A DNA stretch of 64,000 bases from an uncultured virus (IMG/VR IMGVR_UViG_3300046685_000084) (taxonomy: Duplodnaviria > Heunggongvirae > Uroviricota > Caudoviricetes): IMG/VR virus record IMGVR_UViG_3300046685_000084; one strand, written 5' to 3'. The notes beneath the pieces are model-generated. The model saw only the letters and a program-made list of their open reading frames with translations. It did no database searches and was not told the origin of the DNA. Positions 18,398-28,642 of the stretch are shown here, in pieces. Position 1 is the stretch's first letter. Each line of letters begins with the position of its first letter. A program made the translations under genes and the position numbers.

Positions 18398-18649
18398 TAT
18401 CTTTTAAAGTGGAACGGATATGCCAACGTTAATCGGGCAATTAAAAGTCCAACCCACTTGAAGTTTTTAGGTTGTCGGTATCAGAGTGTTTTTTACAAAA
18501 AACGGGGCATACCGCCTAACATTTAATGGTTAAGAATGGTTTTCCTTGACAGAAGTGCCGAGGTTTTTCATAAAAAAGAAATAATTGCTGTGTCTAAGTT
18601 AAGCCAGGTCTTTCATCGGACAGGACTTTTTTTCGGCAGCAATTTACAA

Positions 18650-18743
18650 AGAAGAACTTGTTGTGAATACAGTAGATTGAAACATGTAATCCCGTCCATT
18701 GAGAGGCGGGACAAACTTACCAAATTACAACTAAACTTCTTCT
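18650..18743 (+). ncRNA. Y-RNA-like RNA F: conserved helix with internal hairpins
   Basis: AGAAGAA-CTT-GTTGTGAA-TACAG pairs with TTACAAC-TAAAC-TTCTTCT; inner TCCCGTC/GGCGGGA hairpin. Confidence 0.65.
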
Positions 18744-18774
18744 CCTTATAGAGAAGGGTAGTTTTTCGATGATG

Positions 18775-18824
18775 AAATGGGTGGGGACTTAACGCAGAAA
18801 TGTGTTAACTCACCCATTTTTTTT
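18775..18824 (+). terminator. Rho-independent terminator ending the ncRNA array
   Basis: AAATGGGTG..TTAACGCA-GAAA-TGTGTTAA..CACCCATTT plus T8. Confidence 0.75.
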
Positions 18825-18925
18825 ATCTTTTTTCAGAATTTTTGTTACATTTCGGATTTAATTATGTATAATTGCACACTGAAATGTTTTTTATTAATAA
18901 TTGTAAAATTTAAACATCATTCAAA

Positions 18926-20557
18926 ATGGAAAAATTGGTATTAACAAACAACATGCTCGTAAGCGTTAAGCAGTCATTGATTGACGGTCTTACAATAGCA
19001 TCTGGCAGCAAGTCATCAGCAACCTACTACCATAGCAGGGACGAGCAGATGAAGGCTCTCCAGAAGGAAATTAAGAAGATGTACGGTCTTTCTAAGGAAC
19101 TCCCATTGATTGTAGCAAGTCAAAAGGGTGCAACCGGACAGTTCGTATCAGAGGTACTTTTAAACGAATTTAAAAATACCTTGAAGGGTGGAGCATGTAA
19201 TATTGTCAATCCAATTGACTGGTATGATAATGGACTTAGTGATAAGGCAGTTCTTACTGCACTTAATAACTTAGGTGAAAATGGTATTCCATACGTATTA
19301 CGTCTTTTCATTGATTTGAAGGACTCAAAGATTAACAACGAAAGGTCAAGGAAAATCATACTTGGCTTTATTTGGGGTCAGTCTAACCTGGAATTCTATG
19401 CACTGAAGTACCGTAATAAAATTGCTAAAATTTTACGCCACGTTTACGGTGTTAAGATGACATCAGTGTTGTTATCAATTGCTCAGAAGCAAGTAGGCAC
19501 TGGCGGTCATTTAATTACAACCGGAAAGGAAACTACTATTGTCAATGACGATATTATGAAGTACTTCAACGGTGATGTAATGAAAGCATTGAAGCTGTTA
19601 CTTTTCTTATTCAAAAGAGAAGCACAATATACTTATAGGTCAACTGAATTTCCACTTTTGTCAGAATATCAGAAGGCAAAGATTGACATTACTAATGTAA
19701 GTTCAGTTCCGGAAGAAATTCTTCTTGGTATGGTTGCATGTACTTCACACCCTCAGTACCACGCATTGTGGTCAACTAAGGCACAGAGAGAAGCTACAAA
19801 GGGATTAATTCGTAAGAATGTTACGGTTACTTCTGTAAACCAGCAGGTTCGTCAGACAAAATCAACTGCAAAGTTGGGTGTTGAAAAACATGTTGACTTG
19901 GAAAAGGCAACGGACTTCCTTGCACTTTACAAGACCGGATACGAGACCAGTTTTACTGATGAAATTCGTTCTGCAATTGTAAAACTTGCAAAGAAAAAGA
20001 AAATCGAAGGATTTTTCTACCAAAACATCGGTATTATTCTCGATGACTCAATTTCAATGACAGGTAGTAAGGTAGAATCAAAGAATACTCCAAAGGCAAT
20101 TGCTGATTTTACTTCATTGGTTCTTATGGCTTCGGCAAATGAATCTAATAGAGTAGATACCAAAGGTTTTGCAAGTGATATTGCAAGTGCATTTATCGAA
20201 CTTTTGAAAGAAGAACGTTCTAATAAACCATACGATGCAATCTTCATCTTAACCGATGGTTACGAGAATGCTTATGATGGATTGACTAACGAAGTTATTT
20301 CAATCTGGCAGGCAGAAACTCAGAGGAATATTCCAATATTCCAGATTTCACCGATTACCAGTGCTGAAATGGGTGCTAATGTAAGAAAATTAGGTACGGG
20401 AGTTGTCACAATGGCAGTTAACAATCCTATTGCATTACAGCCACAGATTAACGCAAGACTGTTGGAAATCGATACCAAACGTTGGCTTGAAAATCAGGTT
20501 CGTGCTCTTGAAGCAGCTCCTGTTAAGAGAACAAAAAAAATTAGTATTAACGCTTAA
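18926..20557 (+). CDS. Divergent Ro60/TROVE-like protein with C-terminal vWA (MIDAS) domain
   Basis: vWA motifs ILDDSISM (DxSxS) and FILTDGYEN are clear; N-term SGS..ATYY and ALKYRNK...LRH resemble the Ro60 GGTYY and KY..R...LR.H motifs; 543 aa, a Ro60-like size. Confidence 0.65.
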   Translation: MEKLVLTNNMLVSVKQSLIDGLTIASGSKSSATYYHSRDEQMKALQKEIKKMYGLSKELPLIVASQKGATGQFVSEVLLNEFKNTLKGGACNIVNPIDWYDNGLSDKAVLTALNNLGENGIPYVLRLFIDLKDSKINNERSRKIILGFIWGQSNLEFYALKYRNKIAKILRHVYGVKMTSVLLSIAQKQVGTGGHLITTGKETTIVNDDIMKYFNGDVMKALKLLLFLFKREAQYTYRSTEFPLLSEYQKAKIDITNVSSVPEEILLGMVACTSHPQYHALWSTKAQREATKGLIRKNVTVTSVNQQVRQTKSTAKLGVEKHVDLEKATDFLALYKTGYETSFTDEIRSAIVKLAKKKKIEGFFYQNIGIILDDSISMTGSKVESKNTPKAIADFTSLVLMASANESNRVDTKGFASDIASAFIELLKEERSNKPYDAIFILTDGYENAYDGLTNEVISIWQAETQRNIPIFQISPITSAEMGANVRKLGTGVVTMAVNNPIALQPQINARLLEIDTKRWLENQVRALEAAPVKRTKKISINA

Positions 20558-20562
20558 TAAAT

Positions 20563-21669
20563 ATGACCATGAATACTCGTGAATTTACAGAAATGTTGAA
20601 AGGTTGCCGTCCGGTCAAAGACAAGGATGGTAACATCGTAGTCCAAAGTATTTTAAACATGCAGATTGTATGCTTAACTACTGACAATGAAAACTCATTG
20701 GATGAGCGTTTCGCAAATCCATTGACTGCACTTGTTGCAGGTAACAATTCTTATGGTCAGATTGGTTTCACCAATAGAGAAAATAAGGAAGTAATTGTGC
20801 CTACACAAATGGCAGTTATTACCAAGCAGAGTGCTCAGAACCACGGTATGACCAAGGCGGGTTATCTTGCTAAAATGGCAAGTGTAACTTATAATGATGC
20901 AGGTTGCGTACAGGGTTCGCAGTGCGGTACTTTCCGTGGAACTCAGGAATTTCGTATGATTCCCGTAACTATGCGTGAAATGATATTTGATACTGTTGGT
21001 CAGCCTCATAACCTTGCAAGGATTTATCCTGCAGTTGAAAAGTTAGGTCATGATACTGGCTCAGGTACTGGAAAATACCTTGACGTTTATTTTTCAAAGT
21101 ATGACAAGAAACTCGATGAGTTCATTGCCCACTTTGAACGTCCAAAGAATCTTATTGGTATCATCGTTTTGATTGATGGTGAAATTGTTGCAGTTGACAA
21201 GTTTCCTTCGTTCACATACGCTGAACAGGTATGGGATTTAATGATAAGGGATTGCTATGGTTCACTTGCAATTATATCAGAACTTAATCACAAGACTGCA
21301 GGTTATGCATTCACCGAAGCATACGAAGACGTGAAGAAAACACATCAAGAAAATGTTATCGACATGCTTGAAAAGGCATTAAAGAAAACTAAAAAGTCTA
21401 TGACTGACAGTGTAACTGAAAAAATTCAAGAAATTATGAACCTTGAATTCGATGCAACTCTTGATACAGAGGGTAACCCTTCTGCTACAAGCAAAGCACC
21501 AAAGAGTTACATGCTTAAGACCGATGGTTATATCGGACAAGTAATTACTGAAAACGAATTTAACCATATGGTTTCTATAGTTAAGAGGGAAAGGTTCAAT
21601 CCTAACGCTCTGAGAGAAGTAAACGAACTTCGTAAGAAGGCACGTAAACAAGATAGATTTAGTCTTTAA
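20563..21669 (+). CDS. ARPP-like (DUF6569-like) domain protein
   Basis: KQSAQNHGM, AGCVQGSQ.G, FIAHFE....IG.IVLIDGEIVAVDKFPS...W..MI...YG pattern; family recalled from memory. Confidence 0.5.
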   Translation: MTMNTREFTEMLKGCRPVKDKDGNIVVQSILNMQIVCLTTDNENSLDERFANPLTALVAGNNSYGQIGFTNRENKEVIVPTQMAVITKQSAQNHGMTKAGYLAKMASVTYNDAGCVQGSQCGTFRGTQEFRMIPVTMREMIFDTVGQPHNLARIYPAVEKLGHDTGSGTGKYLDVYFSKYDKKLDEFIAHFERPKNLIGIIVLIDGEIVAVDKFPSFTYAEQVWDLMIRDCYGSLAIISELNHKTAGYAFTEAYEDVKKTHQENVIDMLEKALKKTKKSMTDSVTEKIQEIMNLEFDATLDTEGNPSATSKAPKSYMLKTDGYIGQVITENEFNHMVSIVKRERFNPNALREVNELRKKARKQDRFSL

Positions 21670-21698
21670 TTAGGCTTAGACAGACGTTTTTATATTCG

Positions 21699-21730
21699 AA
21701 CCCCGTAGGAGAAATCTTACGGGGTTTTTT
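21699..21730 (+). terminator. Rho-independent terminator
   Basis: AACCCCGTAGGA-GAAA-TCTTACGGGGTT plus T tract. Confidence 0.85.
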
Positions 21731-21806
21731 ATTTTTGATAAGTCTGTGTTTTTAATCTCTTTCTATTGTATTTATTATAAATAAAACCGAACCCCAAAGT
21801 TCGGAA

Positions 21807-22523
21807 TTGCTAATTAGGGGTACGGCTTGCAGTTACGAAGAAATGAAAAGAAAAATGCACACATATAAACAAAATTATAACTCGTTTTTTGAACCCGAAT
21901 TAGATATTATTGAAATAAATTGTGAGAAGAAGAATAAATCATTAACAACAATACAATTCATTGAAAGAGCAGTTAAAGTTCATGGTGATAGTTTTGATTA
22001 TTCGAAGAGTGAATATATTAATATGTCAACTAAAATTACTGTTACATGTAAAAAACATAACATAGAATTCACGCAAACCCCAATTAATCATTTACATGGT
22101 CCAATTGGTTGTTCTATTTGTAATAAAAATATTAGACCAAGAATTGTGCGTAAAGTATTCATTAAACCAGTAAATAAAAAAAATATGATAATTAGTAGTA
22201 CTGGTGAAAAGTTAATTGAATTTTGGTTGAATAAAAATCACATTAAATATGAAAGACAAAAAACTTTCAGTAAATGTAAGAACCAAAGAAAGTTAAGATA
22301 TGATTTTTATTTGCCAAATCAAAACGTACTTATTGAATATGATGGAAGACAACATTTTAAATCTATTGAATGTTTCGGTGGAGAAAAAGAATTTAAATTA
22401 ACAGAAATTAACGATAGAATAAAAAATGAATTTGCCGTGAACAATAATTTAAATTTATTGCGAATCCCGTATACTGAAAGAAAAAATCTTTCGGTGATAC
22501 TGAAAAATAATATAGTGAATTAA
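21807..22523 (+). CDS. Zn-ribbon plus DUF559/Vsr-like putative homing endonuclease
   Basis: FIERA..VHG..FDYS...Y....KI...C..H..F...P..HL....C..C; STGEKLI, YDFYLP, IEYDGRQHF. Confidence 0.75.
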   Translation: MLIRGTACSYEEMKRKMHTYKQNYNSFFEPELDIIEINCEKKNKSLTTIQFIERAVKVHGDSFDYSKSEYINMSTKITVTCKKHNIEFTQTPINHLHGPIGCSICNKNIRPRIVRKVFIKPVNKKNMIISSTGEKLIEFWLNKNHIKYERQKTFSKCKNQRKLRYDFYLPNQNVLIEYDGRQHFKSIECFGGEKEFKLTEINDRIKNEFAVNNNLNLLRIPYTERKNLSVILKNNIVN

Positions 22524-22536
22524 TAATTAAAAACAT

Positions 22537-23673
22537 ATGACATTTTTCGCACGTCCGAACCTTAGTGATGAACAATTTAAGCAATTAAGTGGAACTACAC
22601 TAACATTATCGGGTCAGACAAAAATAGTAAATGCTAATGGTTTGGCAATTGCAGATGGTAGCGGTAATACAATACAAATTAGTGCAAAAGGTGCTGCTAT
22701 TGGTAGAGTGTTAACATATGATGCAGGTACTAATGAAATTAAATTTAGTGCGCCATCATCAGGTGCAAGTACTGGAATCTATACTGGTTTATCTCCTTCT
22801 ACTTGTACAGTAGGTGGAATGCCTGCAGGTACTTCACTTAGCGGAGTTTGTATAACCAGCATACTTCAATGCATATTAGTACCAACATTAAATCCAACCG
22901 TCAATCCACCTGCATTCAGTTACAGTATTAGTCCTATAAATGGAACTTGTTGTGAAGTAGGTTCATCGGTTAGTATTACAGGTTGTTTGGTATTTAACAG
23001 AGGTTGTATTTTTCCACAATATTGTGGCACTTCACAATACAGAAGTGGTTTACCTACAATACATAAATATATGGACATTTCAGGCACTACATACTGTTGT
23101 GTTTGTACTGCTTTAAGTGGTTCACTTCTAATGCCATCACTTTCAATTCATTGGGGCAATAATACTACTTCTGGTAGTGTTTGTTATGCATCTGGTACAA
23201 CAAACGTATTTAATAGTGCAGGTGTTTGTATTTGTGCAGCTTTGCCTGCAGGTGTAACTGCAGTAATTTCACAAGTAATTTGCGGATTATACCCATATTT
23301 TTATGGCAAAGTTGCAAGTGGTGGTGCTCCTGCAGGTGGAAACAGACCTACAGCAAATCTTGCATTGGTAACAGGTGGAACAAAGGTTGTTGCAGATAGT
23401 ACGGGTACGATAAGCATTAATTTTAATAGTACTGCAGATGATTATATTTGGTTTGCAACTCCATATGCTTCAGTAACTAAAACATGTTGGTATATAGATG
23501 CGTTAAATAATGCAGGAATTGGTGGTGCAGTAAGTCCAGGCGGTAATTTATTTCCAAATAATACTCCTGTTTCACCTGTTTCAACAATACTTTGGGGTGG
23601 TCAATGCTATAAGGTTTATATAAGCAATTATCAATCATCAAGTACATCAATAATGCAATTAAGAAATAGTTAA
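22537..23673 (+). CDS. Gly/Ser/Thr/Cys-rich virion fibre/spike-like protein (paralog A1)
   Basis: C-terminal domain homologous to that of 25420..27801, ending MQLRNS/MEFRNS. Confidence 0.55.
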   Translation: MTFFARPNLSDEQFKQLSGTTLTLSGQTKIVNANGLAIADGSGNTIQISAKGAAIGRVLTYDAGTNEIKFSAPSSGASTGIYTGLSPSTCTVGGMPAGTSLSGVCITSILQCILVPTLNPTVNPPAFSYSISPINGTCCEVGSSVSITGCLVFNRGCIFPQYCGTSQYRSGLPTIHKYMDISGTTYCCVCTALSGSLLMPSLSIHWGNNTTSGSVCYASGTTNVFNSAGVCICAALPAGVTAVISQVICGLYPYFYGKVASGGAPAGGNRPTANLALVTGGTKVVADSTGTISINFNSTADDYIWFATPYASVTKTCWYIDALNNAGIGGAVSPGGNLFPNNTPVSPVSTILWGGQCYKVYISNYQSSSTSIMQLRNS

Positions 23674-23684
23674 AAAAATATAAA

Positions 23685-25406
23685 ATGGCAATAATATTAA
23701 ATGATAACATCAAAATAAATGCGGGTAAGCCAAGTGAATCAAAATATTTGAACACAGGTAATACCGCCTATGCTTCAGTCGTTGCAGCAAATTTAGCATT
23801 GCCTGTTCCTGTAAGACACATGGGTTTAACGGTTCTTGTCGTTAGTGGTGGAACAAATATAGAATATTGGTATGAAAATGGCGTAGCAGACGTAAATTTA
23901 ATTCAGAAGAAGTATGAAAGCGTAATTCCAAGCGGTGATTTTGTTACAGGTGCAACAAATATTGGATATTTCAGTGGAACAACTGCTGTACAACAACTTT
24001 TATTATCGGCACAAAATTCGCTATCAAATTATCTTTGCTATGATGGCTATTATAATTCTCTATATAATAATTATTTTAAGGGCATCGATGGAAACGTTCA
24101 TATCGGAACGCCAAACGATGGAATTCCTAAAAGAGGCTATGTAAAAACATCAATTAATCCAGGTGAGATTAAATCATGGCTTTGGGATGATAGTTTAAAT
24201 GGATGGAGTTTGGTTGATGGAAATATTTCAAATTGTATTGGTGGCAGTCCTTCTGTTGCAATATATTATCCACCAGTATATACGGCAACTACTTGGATAA
24301 CAGCACCAGCACCAAATGGGTCAAAAATTAGTATAAATGCAGTTATTGGTAACTTAACTTCTGGTGGTACTCTTACTATTGGTGGACCTGTCTATGCAAC
24401 TAAGATTAACAATGTTCTTGATTTCAGAACACTTCAAACACAAACTCCAGGCATTATTAAAATTACCAGTGATGAAGCATTTGTTTATTTATCTGGTACA
24501 ACTGGAAACGTTTTAATCACTGCATCAAATGGATTAACCAAAGCAGGTACAAATGTTACTCTTGGTGGTATATTAACTGGTGCAACAATAATAACTGATT
24601 CACGTGTAACACCAATAGGTATTCAATATGCTGCTGATTATTCAGCAAGTTTTACTGACCGTTCATTAATTGACAGAGGATATCTTAATACAATATCTTC
24701 ATTAGGTGGAGAAAGAATTTATAAAACTATTTGTCAGACTTCACATGGATTTAGTGTTGGACAGGTAGTTGGTTTTAGTGGCTGTACATATAATAAACCA
24801 ATTGCAACAGGTACATATGACGGTGAAGTTTTGGGTGTTGTTAGTAAATGCTTTAATGCCGATTGCTTTGAATTAACTCAGGCGGGTTTTGTTAGTGGTA
24901 TAACTGTTGGTGGGGGATTGGTCATAAATAATACATATTTTTTAAGTGCCAGTGTTGCAGGATGTTTAACTGCTTGTGAACCAACAACACCTAATTATCT
25001 TAGTAAGTCAATGTTTATTGCCACATCAAATGGTTCTTGTGGTTGTGGTTGGGTTTTGCCATATGCTGGATATGTAATAACGAGTGGCATCACTCAGGGT
25101 GGTGCATTAATAAGAAATGTTTGCAATGTATCAGTATCACCATACGCAGTAACATGTAATGATTTTTATATTGGTGCTCAAGGTGCAGATATTATTCAAT
25201 TAAATTCAAATATAAATGGTCAAGTAGTTGTTGTTGATGATGTTTGCGGTAATGCAGGAGTTGGTTGTGAAATTCAGATTCAAGGCGTATTTTTTGGGTG
25301 TAGTGCAATAGCATATATCAACACTCCATATGGTTCAATGACATTCATATATAATGGTGGAAAAGCAAAATGGTCATCAATTGGATTCTCTACAGCACCT
25401 TATTAA
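23685..25406 (+). CDS. Fibre-like virion protein (paralog B1)
   Basis: SNGLT...LGG.LT and GIQY..DYS..F..RSL.D.GY modules; N-term shared with 27812 gene. Confidence 0.6.
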   Translation: MAIILNDNIKINAGKPSESKYLNTGNTAYASVVAANLALPVPVRHMGLTVLVVSGGTNIEYWYENGVADVNLIQKKYESVIPSGDFVTGATNIGYFSGTTAVQQLLLSAQNSLSNYLCYDGYYNSLYNNYFKGIDGNVHIGTPNDGIPKRGYVKTSINPGEIKSWLWDDSLNGWSLVDGNISNCIGGSPSVAIYYPPVYTATTWITAPAPNGSKISINAVIGNLTSGGTLTIGGPVYATKINNVLDFRTLQTQTPGIIKITSDEAFVYLSGTTGNVLITASNGLTKAGTNVTLGGILTGATIITDSRVTPIGIQYAADYSASFTDRSLIDRGYLNTISSLGGERIYKTICQTSHGFSVGQVVGFSGCTYNKPIATGTYDGEVLGVVSKCFNADCFELTQAGFVSGITVGGGLVINNTYFLSASVAGCLTACEPTTPNYLSKSMFIATSNGSCGCGWVLPYAGYVITSGITQGGALIRNVCNVSVSPYAVTCNDFYIGAQGADIIQLNSNINGQVVVVDDVCGNAGVGCEIQIQGVFFGCSAIAYINTPYGSMTFIYNGGKAKWSSIGFSTAPY

Positions 25407-25419
25407 TAATTAGCATAAT

Positions 25420-27801
25420 ATGGCAATATTAAAATATAAAACTAATCAAGCATTAATTAGTAGTGGTTTTAATCAACCTGCAGGTACTGGTTTTACATTA
25501 ACATTGTCTGGTAATACTGCCATTGCAAGTTCTGGCACGTTTAAGTATTTAACAGATAGAAGTACTTATTTTGATGTTACTCCACGTGCAGTCCCTGATG
25601 TGGCATATGTAACAGGTCAAACTGCGAATATTCGTCATATTGGCTCTAATCAACAAATTATATATCGGGATGCTTCTGGAATTACTGGTGCTACTGGTTT
25701 TTTATATAATAAGGCGACATTGGGAGTTACTGTTCCTAATTTATGCATTTCGCAATCACCTACAATTCAAGCAGGTAATTATTTTTTATTGACGTGGGAT
25801 AGCGGTACAACTAAAGTAAATAAAGTACCAGCTTTAAGCGTTACTGGTATACAAGGAGCAATTAATGGTTTGGGCGTTGTTGGTGACTGTGTGTGTTTAG
25901 GTGGAGCATTAATATGTGATACAACAATAAACGGTTGTGATTGGTCATTGAGATTTTGTAATTTATGTAATGCATCCATAATAACCACAGCAGGCAATAT
26001 CGTTCTTGATAGCCGATGTAATGGTGGTGGAATATATTTAAAATCACAAAGTGGTGTAATTAGTAGTCCTGTAAGTAATTACAGTAATTCTGTTGGTATT
26101 GCAATGGATTATCCATCCAATGTTTTTAAAATTTATGATAATAGAATAGGTGCTAATCAAAAGGGTATTGAATATGATAATAATTATAGTGCATTTTTTA
26201 CAATACGTTCACTTGTGGATAAAGGATATGTTGATGCTATTGCTGCTGGTCTTCAACCCCATCCTGCTGTACTTGCTGCAACTACAGGAAATACTGCATT
26301 AAGCGGATTAACTGGTACTACAATTATTGACGGAGTTATTATAGGTCAAGGAGATAGAGTTTTAATAAAAAATCAAATAGACGAAAGATATAATGGCATA
26401 TATGTTTTAACGGGTACTACATTTATACGTGCAATTGATTTTGACCAAAGTAGTGAAAGCGTTCAGGGAGCATATACTTTTGTATTATCCGGTACTAATT
26501 GGCAATATACTTCATGGATTTTATCGACACCAAATCCAATAACAATAAATATAACACCATTAACATTTAGTTTATTTAATCAAATCACAGATATTCTTGC
26601 TGGTACAGGAATAACCATTACAAAATATTATGGTCAAAATACTATTTCAGTAAATGGTCCGAGTCTTGCAGGAAATTCATTATGCTGGAATAATTCAACA
26701 TGTAAATTTGATGTAACATTTAGTGGTGGAACAGCAATTACTGGTGCAACAAATGGTTTAACTAACTATGGCTCACAAAGATTGGGTCTTGGTGGCACAC
26801 TAACTGGTTCAACAGTTATTAATGATAGTCGTTTAATTAAAAGGGGTATTGAATATGGTGGAAATTATAGTAGTGGATTTACTAATTGTTCTCTTGTAAC
26901 AAAAGAATTCGTTCAATCACAAATGTCAAGTGGTGGTACATACAATTTACAATCACCTGCAGCAATATGTGTTGGTGGGATTTGTGTAGGCACAGTCTTA
27001 ACGGGTAAAACTGCATTTCAATTATTTGAAGAATTACTTGTACCAACATTAAATCCTGCATTTGTTGCACCAAGTGAAGGTTCTTCAATTTCACCTTCAG
27101 GTATATTTGAGATTGGATGTAATATTGGGACATTATGTGTTACGGGTACTTTTAGTAGAGGCAGTATAAGTCCTGCATATGGAACTGATGGATTCAGAAG
27201 TGGTCCTGCAACTTGTTATGTATTTACTGGTTGTCAAATAGGAGGTTCATATGCATGTAATTGCTCATCATTGACTAAATGCGCAACAGGTTATGTTGTT
27301 TGTGCAAGCCAAACATGGACTGTTTCTACTTGTTTTTCTGCTGGTTGTCAACCAAAAGATAGTAAAGGTGGGAATTATGGCTCAATATGCGGTCCAGGTC
27401 AAACGGGTGCGGGAAGTGTTACAATTACAGGTATTTATCCATATTATTATGGAAAACTTACAAGTGGCAGTCGTCCTGCTGTAACAAATGCTCTTGTAAC
27501 AACAGGTTGTTTGGCTAAATGTGTTTTAGGTAGTACAGGTACAGTAACAGTTAATTTTAATAGTAGTGCAAGTGAATATACATGGCTTGCAATTCCTCAA
27601 ACTTCAACTTCAAAAATATGCTGGTATGTTAATGCATTAGATAATGGAAAAATTTGTAGTGCTCCGGGCGATAAATATCCAGATGAATGTATAATAGCAA
27701 TTACTTCGGCAGAAGGATGTTGGGCAGGTGTAAATTATAAGGTTTATATGAGTGGTGCTGTTGGAGCAATAAGTGCTCCAATGGAATTTAGAAATAGTTA
27801 A
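25420..27801 (+). CDS. Tail-fibre-like protein (paralog A2)
   Basis: DRVLIKNQ...NGIY fibre module, TGATNGL repeats, KGYVD motifs. Confidence 0.65.
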   Translation: MAILKYKTNQALISSGFNQPAGTGFTLTLSGNTAIASSGTFKYLTDRSTYFDVTPRAVPDVAYVTGQTANIRHIGSNQQIIYRDASGITGATGFLYNKATLGVTVPNLCISQSPTIQAGNYFLLTWDSGTTKVNKVPALSVTGIQGAINGLGVVGDCVCLGGALICDTTINGCDWSLRFCNLCNASIITTAGNIVLDSRCNGGGIYLKSQSGVISSPVSNYSNSVGIAMDYPSNVFKIYDNRIGANQKGIEYDNNYSAFFTIRSLVDKGYVDAIAAGLQPHPAVLAATTGNTALSGLTGTTIIDGVIIGQGDRVLIKNQIDERYNGIYVLTGTTFIRAIDFDQSSESVQGAYTFVLSGTNWQYTSWILSTPNPITINITPLTFSLFNQITDILAGTGITITKYYGQNTISVNGPSLAGNSLCWNNSTCKFDVTFSGGTAITGATNGLTNYGSQRLGLGGTLTGSTVINDSRLIKRGIEYGGNYSSGFTNCSLVTKEFVQSQMSSGGTYNLQSPAAICVGGICVGTVLTGKTAFQLFEELLVPTLNPAFVAPSEGSSISPSGIFEIGCNIGTLCVTGTFSRGSISPAYGTDGFRSGPATCYVFTGCQIGGSYACNCSSLTKCATGYVVCASQTWTVSTCFSAGCQPKDSKGGNYGSICGPGQTGAGSVTITGIYPYYYGKLTSGSRPAVTNALVTTGCLAKCVLGSTGTVTVNFNSSASEYTWLAIPQTSTSKICWYVNALDNGKICSAPGDKYPDECIIAITSAEGCWAGVNYKVYMSGAVGAISAPMEFRNS

Positions 27802-27811
27802 AATATTAGAT

Positions 27812-28558
27812 ATGGCAATAGTTTTAAGTGATAATATTCAAGTTAATGCTCCGAAACCTGTAGACAGTAGGTATTTAAATATTCTTGTGCCATATTCAAG
27901 TGTAGGTGCTGCTAATACTGCTATTGTTAGTGGCGTAAGATATACGGGTTTAACTGTTAATATTAATAGCAGTGAATATTGGTATAAAAATGGTATTTTA
28001 GATACTGACTTAATTATTAAATTAGGCGGTGGAAGTGCAATTACTGGTGCAACAAATGGTTTATCTGTATTTAATAATAATGTTATTCTTGGTGGTACAC
28101 TAAATGGTAGTACAACAATAAGTGGGACGACATATAATCTGAACTTGAATGTTGCTAATTTTAATATAACCGGAATTGTAAAATTACTGTCAACACCAAC
28201 AGGTGGAACAACAACAGATGCGATACTTGTTTGGAATTCAGTAGATAAAAAAATTAAACTGGTTTCGGCAAATATTATTAATGTTTGTAATATTACTGGA
28301 ATATATTCTGCAACAACAAACAATAGTTTTATTGCCGCAAATGCGGGTTCAACAATATATTTACCAAATAATCCCAACTGTGGGCAAAAAATTTCAATAG
28401 CCGATTGTTCGGGAAATGCATTGGCAAATAATATATGCGTTTGTAGTACAACTCACTGTATATTAAATTGTAATATGGCTATAATTAATACTGATTATGG
28501 CTCAATGTCATTTGTATACAATAATGTATTTTGGAGCGCAGTTGCATTTACCAACTAA
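27812..28558 (+). CDS. Fibre-like virion protein (paralog B2)
   Basis: MAIVLSDNIQVNAPKPVDSRYLN matches B1 N-term; start moved to ATG 27812. Confidence 0.6.
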   Translation: MAIVLSDNIQVNAPKPVDSRYLNILVPYSSVGAANTAIVSGVRYTGLTVNINSSEYWYKNGILDTDLIIKLGGGSAITGATNGLSVFNNNVILGGTLNGSTTISGTTYNLNLNVANFNITGIVKLLSTPTGGTTTDAILVWNSVDKKIKLVSANIINVCNITGIYSATTNNSFIAANAGSTIYLPNNPNCGQKISIADCSGNALANNICVCSTTHCILNCNMAIINTDYGSMSFVYNNVFWSAVAFTN

Positions 28559-28642
28559 TATATCAAATAATAATAATTCGAATGATATATGAAGTATTTA
28601 TATATGAATAATAACGAAAAAAAACGATAAAGACATAAAATT

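Noticed and set aside
18583..18644. SRP RNA-like hairpin (CAGGTC)
   Set aside because: Lacks the GGAA tetraloop and AGCAG motif of SRP helix 8
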